A stretch of DNA of 53,540 bases, the filler included, from Squatina squatina (lineage: Eukaryota), in assembly GCA_031763465.1 (NCBI GenBank). It is 2 parts of 2 records of this genome, joined end to end, with 100 filler letters (N's around TTAATTAATTAA, not from the genome) between each part and the next. Parts side by side here need not be neighbours in the genome. Positions count along the whole stretch, not along the records: positions 1 to 24,516 come from JARFOE010000004.1; positions 24,617 to 53,540 come from JARFOE010000073.1. The stretch is one strand, 5' to 3'. The notes beneath the pieces are model-generated. The model was given only the letters and a program-made list of their open reading frames with translations. It ran no database searches and was not told where the DNA came from. A program made the position numbers and the translations under genes. Shown piece by piece: positions 23,488-35,809 of this stretch (its first letter is position 1; each line of letters starts with the position of its first letter).

Positions 23488-24516
23488 ATGGGAGGTGAAT
23501 AGAATTGGGTGATGAAAATCTATAGCCGTTATGTACACTCCCATTGAAACTCTATCGGGAGTGAGGTGCAAGGGCTGGAATTTAGGTCAGATCGCAGAAA
23601 AGCCAGTCCAGGCAATATGTGAGAATTTCCACTTGACTTGTCCTAGTTAGGCCAGTGGTGTAGAAGGGGCAGAGGAAGGGGACGAGACTCCCAATGCCAG
23701 GAGTTCCCATGTATCTAGTCTCTCAAAGGCCCAGCAGATTATCGGCATCGGTAAACATATCAGGCCACTGAAAGGCGGATGAGGGCCTGAGTTAGGGATC
23801 CAAACGGAGAGTGCAGCCTGGATTCTCAAAGAAAAAGTCTAAATTTAATTCTGTTTGAATCGATCCGCTTACAAAAGTGACAGAAGCAGGCACATTGTAT
23901 TGATTTCNNNNNNNNNNNNNNNNNNNNNNNNNNNNNNNNNNNNNNNNNNNNNNNNNNNNNNNNNNNNNNNNNNNNNNNNNNNNNNNNNNNNNNNNNNNNN
24001 NNNNNNNCTGCACTTTGAAATATGCTGCACTGTGACACAGTCCAGAAGCCCTAATCCTTGCTGTAATAACAATCTCACAGTTAGATCAGATCTGACATTC
24101 TCAAATGCTGCTTAACACTATTGTTTGGTTTATTAATGGTTGCTGCTTTCATTATACAGCCTGTGGAACAAAAGCCAGACATTAGTTTATTTCCAAATAA
24201 ACTAAATTTATTGTGAAGAAGTGTTTGTATGGTTATACATGAAGGGTCGGTCAGCATGAAAATGACTGTGCTACCTAAAGTGATTTACACAGGCACAATC
24301 AGATGAATAAATAGTCCATGGAAAAGATTATTTTAATGAAAGGCTTAGCTATCATTTATTTAGTTAAAAAGTGCTTATAAATATCTTCAAGGAAATATAT
24401 GATCCCATAAATGTATGATCCCATTATTTTTTTTTTAAACCATGTGTGTAATTGTTAGTGCTGGAACCAGTGTTAGCCATAAAGACGTTATCATTCACGT
24501 GTTGAATCTAGCTAAA

Positions 24517-24616
24517 NNNNNNNNNNNNNNNNNNNNNNNNNNNNNNNNNNNNNNNNNNNNTTAATTAATTAANNNNNNNNNNNNNNNNNNNNNNNNNNNN
24601 NNNNNNNNNNNNNNNN
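24517..24616. other. Artificial scaffold linker N44-TTAATTAATTAA-N44
   Basis: 12-mer with stop codons in all six frames, centred in a 100-nt spacer. Confidence 0.9.
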
Positions 24617-25399
24617 TCCATCAGTTGGATGTATTAAATGAAACCAAATGTATTTCCAGCTGGAACGGTTGTTTTCTTGTGCACATCAGTGTGCCCACCG
24701 CATAGAAATAGGCAGTCTGCCCGAGAGTCAGTTTCTCGGATGTTTTTCCATCTTTTTACATTGTGCAGCATGACTTGCCACTTCTAGCAGGGGTTAGGAG
24801 CTTGTTGACCTCCATGCTGCAGCCAATGTCAGACAGATTGACTGAAACTGTGGGGTAAGCATTCTACCTTGGCTCTGCACTTCTGACAACCAGCAGTGTG
24901 TTAAAACTTGCTATGGGGAAGTGCACATTTAACCTTAACCTTCGTGCCTTGATACACTTGTGTGCAATTCACTATCACATGTATTAAATGATCTTTATTT
25001 TACACGCTGTGTATGGACACATTTTGCATTCTATGAATATCTTGTCCCTTGCTTTTTATATTTAAAATCCAGTATATTTTGTGGCATTTGCGCTCCCCTC
25101 CTAAAGGCATTAATGTTTGCTGAGGTAGGATTTCATGGGGGACTTATACCCTTGAGTATTGCTGCTGAGATCAGATTTCATGGGTGACTTGTCCCCTGCC
25201 CAGGAGGCCATTTTTTGTGAATGATGCCAGACGCTAAGTGTCAGCAGGGTATTGAACCGTGGACATCACAGCTGATCCCAATCCTGTTTTCATCCAATAA
25301 TTGCTAGGGAGGGGGAAGCAACCTTTGAGTCCAAAAGTGTCACGATGACAGATGTCCTTTTGGATTATGAAAGTAGGTCCAGTAGAATATAAGCATGAC

Positions 25400-25975
25400 A
25401 TCAACATAAGCATGAGCTCTTGGTGTTGATATGGCTATTCCGGTTAAGTTTCTGCATAAAGATGCCGAAGGCCATGTCTCAGCAATGAGGGTACCATTGA
25501 AGATTGGGGGAGATGGCTGGATTTTCTCTTTCTCGAGATGGTAAGTACCCAGCACTTACGTGTTGTGCATGTTACTTGCCACTTGTCAGTCCAAGCTTAA
25601 ATGTTGTCCAGATCCTGCTGTCGGCGAGCACAGGCTACTTCATTTTTGGAGGATTTGTGATTGGAGTTGAATGGTGGATTCATCAGCAAACCGCCCCATT
25701 CTGGGCCTTATGATAGAGGGAAGGTCGTTGATGAAGCAGCCAAAAATTATTGAGTTACCAATGCCGCCGTGAAGAACTCCTGCGATAACATCCTCAAGCT
25801 GTGAAGATTGGCCTCTGACAACCACAACCATCTCTCTCTCTCTCTCTCTCTCCCTCTCCGCCTTCCTTTCCTCCTTTTTAAAAAAAATCTTTTGCAAACC
25901 CAACTGTGACTCCAATCACTGGAAGGTTTTTCACTTGGCCCCAATTGACCTCAGTTTTGCTGGAGCTCCTTGCTG
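25400..25975 (-). mobile_element. Degenerate CR1-group LINE RT fragment interrupted by a (CT)n microsatellite
   Basis: MVVVVRGQSS...AGVLHG...FGCFINDLPSII...RFADE (FADD-like). Confidence 0.75.
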
Positions 25976-28254
25976 CAGTGTGAAAAGAACACTTTGTTCC
26001 GGTTGACAGCAATGATGTAATAAACCTTCTCAAGAACAGAAGTGATACTGGTAGATAAAAATCTTGGACACTGTTGAGGTAGTTGGCCCTTCAGCAAGTG
26101 ACCCTGAAAGATTGATTCCACTCCTCTAAAGAAATCAATCTCAATTTCCGTGGGTGAAGATAAATCTTATATCCCCATTGTGCTTCTGGACTATGGTCAC
26201 TGAATTCAACGCAAAAAATAGAATAGCAGCTTTAAAGTTAACACTTTCTATCAAATTGACCCATAAAGAGGCACTGAAGTGCTAGCACATTGATTAAAGT
26301 TGAGAGCTTTTCTGTCTGACTGTGCTTTCATCAACCAAAGATGTTGGTGAGCTTGCTGCAGACATTCTGAAAAGGGAATCAACTTTACTTCTGCTTCAGT
26401 GATTTATTTATTTATTTGTTTTGTGAATCAGAATGATCCAAATTAGAGTTGTAATATTAAAAATGTTGAACAATGATACACTTCCAACTTGGAAATGTCT
26501 CCCTTGTGTGACTTACTCTCCAGGAAAAAAAACAGCAGCAGGTTTTGAAATTTCATGTAAATAAATGTTGTGTCTGTGTCTTCCTGAAGTAGCTTTTGGG
26601 ACCTTAAAAAAGAACATCACTGAACAGAAGAGTCGCCTTTAAAAACCAGAGAGTTGGAGCTTTTTAAAAGAGAAATGGGCTTTATTTTGTGCCAGAGCAG
26701 GGTCCAGCCAAAGGGTGTAGTAGCTCTGTTAGTTAACCTTTAATAATGTAATCATGGTGTTTTCAGGCAGAAGTCACCTTGAGTAAAATAACTGTCAGCT
26801 ATGGAATTTACAGCCTGGGTTTTACTGTGTTCCACTATCTGTAACGCATAAACTATTTGTACTGACAGAGGCCATATGGTTTGGGCCTCTGCCTGTATCG
26901 TGGCAGAAAGCTGGCTTCATAATGGTGGTAGTACCTGTAAAATAACAGTAGCAGTGGTTCTGTATTTGGTGAGGAGCAGTTATATATAAACATGCTTTAA
27001 TTCACACTCCACTTGTGTTGGTGCTAACAGTGTAGATACTGATAGCTGCTGCACCAATTAGAACATTGTGCTGCTTGAACCTACTTACAGGGTTGGTGAT
27101 GCAGTTATGTTTGAGTCTGGTCAACGTGCAGGAAAAAAGTAATTATTCTAAAATCTCAGATTATTAACTAATCCTGCAATTTCGAGACATCTGGTGCTTG
27201 TGTGAAGCCACAGAACTTCTGTCACAAACACAATCTGACGATGAGTCAGTCGAATTGTTTCTTTGATTTTTCAGCATTACTTGAGCACAGATTCTGAACC
27301 AATAGTTTATTTTGGTATACTTTTAGAATTTGTCAACAGATTCTCTTCTCCTGATGATGAAATAGACAGCAATTTAAAAAGTTAGTGAACACAAGAAAAC
27401 AAGCTAATCTGTAACTGATTTATTGCTCTATAGCCTTGTGCACATAGGGCCAATCAATGCAAGAAGTGCTTCAGTAAAGCTTTGTACATTGCATTTCTAC
27501 AGGTTAGAAGATGCCTCTTGCTGAAATTAGTTTGCAGCCTCACAATGCTTATTTTATAAAGAATATGGCTTGTATTCTTCCCTTCCCGCTGTAGGATGGT
27601 CAGGGCAGGACTTTCACCAACTGCCCTGACCTGAGATGACCCCGCCTGGTTTCCTGATTTGAAGATCAGTAAATATGCAGGAGCGTCTCCTGGCAACATA
27701 CCTGCCTACTGCAGGAGCCCATCACTGCCCCCAAAGAAAATTTTGGCGTGCTACAGGAAGACTGTTGCTGTAGCACCCGAAGAGATGGAACAAGTCAAAG
27801 GCGCACAGGAACCCCTAAGATCAAGGTAGCTTTTTAGGCCTTGGTCCTGTCCCCAAAAAGAGACATCAAGGAAACTTACGTCACTGCCCCTGAGGATTTC
27901 TGCCATCCCCCTCCTGACAGCCCCTGGGGATGGCAGTCGTACGAGTGGAAGACAGAGAAATGGAATAACTTGCTTGGCTTTGCCTCCCTGCTGTAATTTA
28001 CATGTGGTGAGCGGGGAAGGGACAGCCAGTAGCAATTCTGGCAGGGGTACTAGGAAGGAACATCAAGGTCAGAGCGGGAGGTGGTGGCAGGCCTCTGCCA
28101 CAATTCCCAATTTTTCAACTGTTATCTCACCCGATTGGGGCAGGATAGTGGAGGAAAATCCAGGTCTAAATCTGTAAGAGAGCTGAGATAGCACTTGTAA
28201 CTTGTGTGTGGCTACAAATGTATAAAAGTAAATGCTATCTGCTGTCGCAGAGTG

Positions 28255-28690
28255 GTCTGCACAGTGTAATCTTAAACGGAGTGAACTTAAACAGAGTGTT
28301 AAACTTGGGAATTTGGAGAGAGTGGAAATTTGGAGCAGTGGGGGAAGGAACTGCTGCTTTTGCCTCCAATACTTGTCATGCTTTGTGTTACCGGTAAATT
28401 CTTAATTTTATCTATTTAGCACTTAAACTAGATCTAGTAATTAGCTAAAAACTAAGCTACAAACTGAGTTAATTAAATACATAAATTTTAATTAACTAAA
28501 TAAATAAAAGAAGGTTATAAAGGAATGGCAGTGCAGGTACAGACCACTTTTGCATCTCGAGGAACTTCAGCTCAGAGTTGTTGAGCTGGAGACTGAGGTG
28601 CAGAGATTGCGGGGTCTCGGGGATGGGGAGAGTTGTCTGGACACTTTGATCCAGGAAGTAGTCACACCCCTTGGGATAGGTCGTGGTGCA
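28255..28690 (+). mobile_element. CR1 5' UTR / ORF1 remnant
   Basis: Decayed ELQLRVVELETEVQRLR...ESCLDTL coiled-coil typical of CR1 ORF1. Confidence 0.55.
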
Positions 28691-28921
28691 GGTCTGTTAG
28701 TATGAAGGTATTAAAGGGTATGTGAAAACAGAAAGGTTATCTAAGTAGGAGACATCAGCTAGCCAAATATTAATTGAGAATACTCAATGGTTTGGAATCC
28801 AAGTTCATAAATGTAATGCATNNNNNNNNNNNNNNNNNNNNNNNNNNNNNNNNNNNNNNNNNNNNNNNNNNNNNNNNNNNNNNNNNNNNNNNNNNNNNNN
28901 NNNNNNNNNNNNNNNNNNNNN

Positions 28922-29515
28922 TCCTGCGTCAGTCTGGTGTGCCAACAATCTCCCAGCCATCACAGCAAATGCGATGACAAGGGTTATCTGTTCTCCACCT
29001 AGCTCAAGACTCCCCTCCGCAAACCCAATGTTCGTGCCCAGCACTCGTATAATGAGAACCATGCTTCCACGAGGAACATCAGCGAGCAGAGCATCCAGCT
29101 ACTGAAGCAACAGTTCTGCTGCCTTGACCGCTCGGGAGGAGCCTTCCAGTACTCAGCGGGGCAAGTGTCCCATTTCATGGTGGTCTGCTGCATTGTTCAC
29201 AACTTGGCCATCATAAGGGCACAGCCGTTACCATCAGGGATTGCAGGAGGAGGACAGGGGAGAGGATGAAGAAGAGGACGACAAGGAGCAAGAGGAAGAA
29301 GAAGGAGGGAGAAGGTATGCAGTCAATCGTTCTTCCGGACAGGTTGTCCATGAATGGCTCATCAGACTCCAATTCAAATGAATAAAACCCAAGATCCCCA
29401 TCATACCATCCCTGTCTCACAGAATATCGCAGCGTCCTCCTAGGCACAAAGCTGAATTGAGATAAACCACAAAAAATTACAAACAAAATTAATAAGTTTA
29501 TCACTAATCGAATCA
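28922..29515 (+). mobile_element. Harbinger transposase C-terminal remnant
   Basis: YNENHASTRNISEQSIQLLKQQFCCLDRSGGAFQYS...VVCCIVHNLAI followed by an acidic tail (HARBI1/DDE_Tnp_4 family). Confidence 0.85.
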
Positions 29516-29519
29516 CATC

Positions 29520-29682
29520 ATAGAATCATAGAAATTTATGGCACAGAAGGAGGTCATTCAGCCCATCATGTCTGTGCCGGCTGAAAAAGAGCTATCCAGC
29601 CTTAATCTCACTTTCCAGCTTTTGGTCTGTAGCCCTGTAGGTTACAGCACTTCAAGTGAAAATCCAAGCAATTTTTAAATGT
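29520..29682 (-). mobile_element. CR1 3' end
   Basis: ATAGAATCATAGAA tail and CAGCCCATCATGTCTGTGCCGGCT on the + strand. Confidence 0.7.
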
Positions 29683-29689
29683 ACAAAAG

Positions 29690-29845
29690 AAAAGGACTAT
29701 GGATGCTGGAAAACTGAAATTTAAAAAAATGCTGGAAATGTTCAGTAGGTCAGATAGCATCTGTGGAGAGAGAAACAGAATTAACGTTTCAGGTCGATGA
29801 CCTTTCATCAGGAGTTGAAAAAGTTAGAGATGTAACAGGTTTCCT
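29690..29845 (-). mobile_element. Penelope-like element terminal repeat fragment containing a hammerhead motif
   Basis: Minus strand reads CTGATGAAAGGTCATCGACCTGAAACGTTAA...CACAGATGCTATCTGACC...TTTCCAGC. Confidence 0.65.
29783..29811 (-). ncRNA. Minimal type I hammerhead ribozyme core
   Basis: CUGAUGA-A-[AGGUC AUC GACCU]-GAAAC-GUU: both conserved boxes, a 5-bp stem II and a palindromic ACGU stem III; stem I degenerate. Confidence 0.6.
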
Positions 29846-31604
29846 CCTTGAATGCCTCTCACTGCCCTGATACTGAATTACCTTCAAGTAGTTGTTTCCA
29901 GTCCACTTTCGCGAAATCACATCTCCGCTTAGTAAAATTGGTCTGTTGAGTATTTCCAGCATTTTCTGTTGTTAATTGCAAGTAATAGCTTTTTTTTATT
30001 GCATAAGTATTTTATTATTTTTAACCTAACCATTGTATAATTTGGGAAAATGGTAAACTGCATTCTATAATGTCCAAAACTAACCAGATGTGTTTGTCGT
30101 ACCTTTCATAAGAAAGACCTTTGTGATTGCAGCATCGCACTTGATCACGAACAATGGAATTGCACTATTATTGAAGTTAATCTTGTATGTATAATATGTA
30201 TGTATTTTTGCTATACCTGGAACTTTTCTAGTTCCCTTCGTGCCAGAACAAGTACAGGCTCGTCTTCTCTTAAATGATTAGATTTTTTCCCAACAAGATT
30301 GTTCCTCCTTTTTGGCCTCTCTTGCCTGATCTGTGTAGCTATATTACCTGGTTTGCAGTGAACAATGGACTGTTCAGACAAAATCTGTTAACACCAGAAC
30401 TCCATTGTGGATGAGTGGAAACCTCGTGCCATAATCTGTGTCTGCGGGGCCCTCTATTCACATTGGAGAGCACAGAGGAGAGATACAAATGTGCTGTAAG
30501 CATAAGTGAATTAGGAAAGCCTTTCTTGCATCATTTAATGGAGTGTTATATTAATTTGATAGACTTTGGCTCGATATTGAAATAGTTCCAAAATACAAAG
30601 CTGCTAAACTAAACATGAATCATCAATACCCCTGAAATCCCAGACAATTAATTGGGAACATTCCTATCAGATGTTGAACCTAGCAGTCAGCGGTGTAAAA
30701 TTTCATTTCTTGCAAGGGGTTGCTGAGTACTCACACAGTGGGTTTATTTTTACATTGACTGCTCCAGGACAGAGAATGATGGCAAGCCTATGAATACAAC
30801 TCCTGATGGACCTGTGGAGTAGTGAATCTTAAGCTTAGTAAAGAAACTTGACGCCTGATCAAATTAGGATATACAATCAGCATCTTTGTGTAATATAAAG
30901 CACCTTGTGACTGAAACACACATTTGCTTGCTCATGAGTTATTTGCCCCAGCACCAGGAATTGTCATGGTACTCTATAATCAAGACTTGCAACCAACTGT
31001 TTTGTAGCCTAGTAGAATGCAAGATCAGATAATTAAGTCATTATTTATTAAAGTTGTAGTCACATTGGAGATTTTGGTTAAAGTTCATGGTCGTGACAGC
31101 TGGTGAAAGTTAATTTTAAAATCCTACTACAGTAGGGAGTTTACATTCATCACCAAGTGGTATGCACGTAAAACTGATGATTGAGTAATTCACTTGACTG
31201 AATTGTTTTACGCTCAAGAACCTGTGTGGGAAGTCATAATAATCGTATAATAAAAATATGGTTTAGGGAGCCATGTCTGTAGATTAATTACTTTTGATAC
31301 CATTTACGAACTTCTCCTGCACTAGTAACTCATTTCCTATTTCAATTGGTAAGTAACGTCTTCTGTAGCATTGGAAAAGTTAATAGTTCAGGTGAATAAC
31401 ATTCAAACCTTACTCTGTGTTGATGTTTACCCAGAGCTCCTGCATAACACAGTATTCATTGCTGAGCTCTCTGATCCAAGTGTCTGAGGGGAAGTATTAA
31501 AGTTTAACTGGTAGAGGAATTACTTGAGCTGTATTGGTGGAAGCCTGTGAGTGAGTTTCTTTGTTGTCCTATTGAGGGGGAAACAGTCCAGGTCTTGAGA
31601 AGCC

Positions 31605-32135
31605 ATAGAATCACACTGATTGCAGTGTAACAGGCCACTCGGCCCATTACATATGTGCCACTTCTAGCTCTTCAACTGGAACTTGCAACTCTAATCCCAT
31701 TTCCTTGTTATTTCTAAGTAACGTTTAATATTTTCATTTTTAGATACTTAAATTCTTTTGTACATGCTGATGTTGTCTCTGCCTCAATGGCCACTTGTGG
31801 TACAGCATTCCATGTTATATTGACCCCTGTGTGGGGATGGGGGAATCAAAAATGTTCCTTTTGCTATTCCATTAATAATCCTGAGTTTAAGCCCACTTTT
31901 CGCCAATTCTTCGACCAGTGGAACTAATCTTTTGCTATCTACCCTCTCTTTCATAACCTTGGAGACCTTTATTCGATTCCTCCCTTTAACTTCCCATACC
32001 AGTGGGGAAAAAGTCCAATTTTTAAACCTTTCTTCATAACTATTTATGGTATCATTCCAGCTTTGGTGTACTCGCCCAACGATGGCCTCACCTGTGTCTT
32101 CACAAATTCAAGATCACCTTTCTTGCTTTTATATT
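31605..32135 (-). mobile_element. Old degenerate CR1 3' fragment
   Basis: CATAGAATCA tail, GGCCACTCGGCCC hairpin and decayed ORF2-end similarity. Confidence 0.55.
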
Positions 32136-32294
32136 TAATATTTTCATCTAATCTAATCTATTAGTCTTCAAATTTATCTATAATCCCAGAATNNNNNNNN
32201 NNNNNNNNNNNNNNNNNNNNNNNNNNNNNNNNNNNNNNNNNNNNNNNNNNNNNNNNNNNNNNNNNNNNNNNNNNNNNNNNNNNNNNNNNNNNCC

Positions 32295-32681
<387 letters not shown>

Positions 32682-33780
32682 GTGACGCAGTTTTTAGGGT
32701 ACGTTTTCCTTAAAAAAAAATTCATCATGATTTAAGTATACCTGGACATGCTTGGATACAGTGCCACGGTATATGTTTTTTAAAAGGGCAACCAGTGAGA
32801 TATGTGCTTCTAGAAAATTCTTGCCCCTCTCCACCCCCCACCCCCTCATGCCATATCTCTTCACTGTGTGTGCTGTCAATGACAAACTGAGCAGTTGTTC
32901 CCATGCTACACTGTCCATTAACAAGGTATAGCATTATGCTTCTGGGCTTCTGCTGGCATAAGCATTGGCAGCATAAGGACGGTCATAGCGCCAGATCTAT
33001 AAAGAGCATATTCCCCAGTGGTGACGCTTGCAGCTAAAATGCATAAAAAGTTTTTTGGGAGAGGGGGATAAAATATGTTAGAATCGACATCAAAAGGAAA
33101 CTAGAAACCCCCGATGTATATATTTATTGGTTCCTGTAGTATTTTGTATGCTTGTTTTGTTCCTGTTAATTATAATGGGGCTAATTTTCAGTATTCAGTT
33201 TTTGCTTTTTATCTATTTGGAGTAGGACACTATAGAGGTGAACATTGCTTCAAATGTGTTGGTGGCAGAAAATTTTGAATGTTGTGTTGGGAACAGTCAG
33301 CATCCAGTCTTCAAAAGTATTTCCGACAATGCAGCAAGTCAGGTTTTTTTTTGCTTGGTTGTGTTTCTCTTTCATGTGCCTAACTCGGTCAGTACTGGGA
33401 GCGACACGCAGCCACAGCACTGCAGTGCTTTAGTTTGATACATGTTACCATGTGTAGCCTTACTCCTCACTATAGTTTGACTATTGTTACTTGCTATAAA
33501 TGACATTGGCTCAGCATACAATAAAATGTTGTTGATGACCATGACCCTCCCCATTGCTGTTTGTGCTGTTACCTTTTTATGATGCTCCGTGTTTACCTTT
33601 CCACCATCTCTCTGTACGCCTGATATTTCTGTAATGTGTTTATGTATTAAGACTGAAACAGACAATTGATTGCTGTTGACCAAAATGGGAAACATTTAGT
33701 TTTTGTCTATAATAGAACTATTTTTGCAAATATGACACCTGAAAGCTATGAATTAGACTGTAAGTCTGTATTTTAATGGA

Positions 33781-33786
33781 AATAAA
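33781..33786 (+). promoter_or_regulatory. Probable polyadenylation signal of the TMEM263-family gene
   Basis: AATAAA ending a ~1.1-kb repeat-free AU-rich 3' UTR; TGTA upstream and GT-rich sequence downstream. Confidence 0.5.
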
Positions 33787-34069
33787 GTTTGAAAATCTCA
33801 ATAACATGTTTGAAAGTGTTCAGCTTTATATAATTTCCACATTATCTGCTAAATATTAGTACATTTACAACCATTTGGGAAAAAATCACATTTCTATCTC
33901 ATAATTTTCTGGAAAACATTTAGCTTTAAACCTGGGGTATAGGTCACATCATTTGAATTACATTTATTAAAAGTAGTTATAAAAATGGAAGAATTATTTA
34001 TAATTTAAGATAGATAAGCAAATGGAGATGGTAGATCTGGAATATTACTTTCAATGAAAATGCAAGAGT

Positions 34070-34290
34070 TAGGAAAAGGGGACATTGGTACAAAAGGCAA
34101 ATTTCAGACTAAAAGCAGGAAATTCTTCACACAGGCTGATCAAATTATAGAACGAACTTTCAGAAAGAACAGTGGAGTGAAAACCCTGGAATCTTTTAAT
34201 GAACTATGGGATGCTGAAATGACGGGAAATTAGGATCTCTCTGGATGGAGGAATTAAGATGAGCCAATTGACCACCTTCATCCGTAATTA
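34070..34290 (+). mobile_element. Degenerate CR1 3' end
   Basis: AGGAAATTCTTCACACAG...AGATGAGCCAATTGACC pattern. Confidence 0.5.
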
Positions 34291-34454
34291 TCTCGTGAAA
34301 TAGAAATGACTTATAAACTAGCACTAAGAAGTCGGTTTGACCAGCACCTCCAGANNNNNNNNNNNNNNNNNNNNNNNNNNNNNNNNNNNNNNNNNNNNNN
34401 NNNNNNNNNNNNNNNNNNNNNNNNNNNNNNNNNNNNNNNNNNNNNNNNNNNNNN

Positions 34455-35080
34455 CCCTGGCCAGGTCCTCGGAGCGGACCAGCATGTACCTGCCCTTCAG
34501 CCAGCCGGGCCGGGCGAGCCCGGTGCCCGCCGAGTTGAGGAAGTCCTCGCAGGTGGCGCTGAGGTGGGACGCGTCCAGGTTGTAGGGTTTGCGGCCGCTG
34601 TTGCGCCAGATCTTCCAGGCTCGGAAGCTCTCGGGGAAGGTGTCGATGCGGGAGGCCAGGACGCCCCGGGGGTCCCTCACCAGCTGGATGACCTTGAGGT
34701 TGAGCCGGGGGTCTTCCACCAGGGTGCGGAGGTCGGCGATCTCCGGGATCCTCACCGTCTTGATGGCGACGTGGTGGCGCAGGCCGCAGACCTGGGCGGC
34801 CAGGGTCAGGTTGAGGGCCCCGCACCTCCGGACGCACTCGCCTTCCTCCCAGCGCTCCGCCGCCTCCTGCTGCTGCTGCTGCTCCTGGTCCGGCTCGCCG
34901 CCCGAGGCGGGCTGCCAGGCCGCGCAGACGGGCGGCGAGCACAGCGCTTTGCTGGCCCCTCGGCGGAAGAGCCGCTGGGTGCGGTGGTTGTCCGGCGCCG
35001 GCTTGATGTAGGTCTCCAGGTCGCGCAGCCGGCAGCCGAAGAGGCTCCGCAGCAGGTCGCGGTAAGCGCCCAGCAACAGG
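34455..35080 (-). CDS. CHST1: Carbohydrate sulfotransferase 1 (keratan sulfate Gal-6-O-sulfotransferase)-like, partial; both ends lost in gaps
   Basis: RDLLRSL...FRRGAS...EEGECVRRCG...VAIKTVRIPE...EDPRLNLKVIQLVRDPRGVLASR...GRKPYNLD...WLKGRYMLVR; 3'-PB motif present; order and orientation CHST1(-) SLC35C1(+) CRY(+) as on human 11p11.2. Confidence 0.9.
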
Positions 35081-35180
35081 NNNNNNNNNNNNNNNNNNNN
35101 NNNNNNNNNNNNNNNNNNNNNNNNNNNNNNNNNNNNNNNNNNNNNNNNNNNNNNNNNNNNNNNNNNNNNNNNNNNNNNNN

Positions 35181-35809
35181 CCAGGAGATCCAGGAGCTAT
35201 TAAATTGTAAATGCAAGGCATTCTTGAATTGGAAACACCACCACAACTCTAGAGAAAGAAAATTGATCTACAGACAACTGAAGGCCGAGGTCCAACAAAA
35301 AACCTGTGACCTGAAGAACAGATGGCGGGTGGAAAGAGCGCAGGAGATCCAGCAACTAGCCGACAACCATGGCGTGCGTGGGTTCTTCAGCGCATTCAAG
35401 ACCATCTATGGCCCATACATCCAAGTACCTACCCCGCTGAGAGCTAGGGACGGAGATGTGTTCATCAAGGACAGAGAGGCAGTCAGCACCCGGTATGGGC
35501 AGTAAAAAATGTCGGTACACCAGAGAGCACTTCGAAGATCTCCTCAACCAAGACTCGGTTTTCGACGTGAGTGTCCTTGACTCCATCCATGCTACCCGCC
35601 ACTAACTCGGCACAACCCGAGTTGCATGAGGTTGAAAAGGCCATCCGACAACTGAAAAACAACAAGGCCTCCGGAGCACACAAAATCCCTGTCGAAATAC
35701 TAAAACATGACGGAGAAGCACTCTTGGCACGAATCCAAGACCTCTTCTCCCTTACCTGGAAGGAGGAGAGCATGCCAGGGGCCCTCAGGGAAGCCATAAT
35801 CATGACCAT
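35181..35809 (+). mobile_element. RTE-clade LINE ORF fragment
   Basis: AQEIQQLAD...FFSAFKTIYGP...IKDREAV...EVEKAIRQLKNNKASG; same family as 46540-47498. Confidence 0.85.

Noticed and set aside
27340-27380. 41-nt micro-exon candidate (FSSPDDEIDSNLK) as an upstream TMEM263 exon
   Set aside because: Weak splice sites, no start codon in the open frame and no similarity to the TMEM263 N-terminus.
34455-35080. Bacterial contamination or horizontal transfer, suggested by high GC
   Set aside because: The protein is colinear with vertebrate CHST1 and fits the local gene order.
34196-35505. Long 399-aa (+) and 341-aa (-) ORFs
   Set aside because: Antisense or off-frame shadows of GC-rich CHST1, run through N gaps into an RTE fragment.
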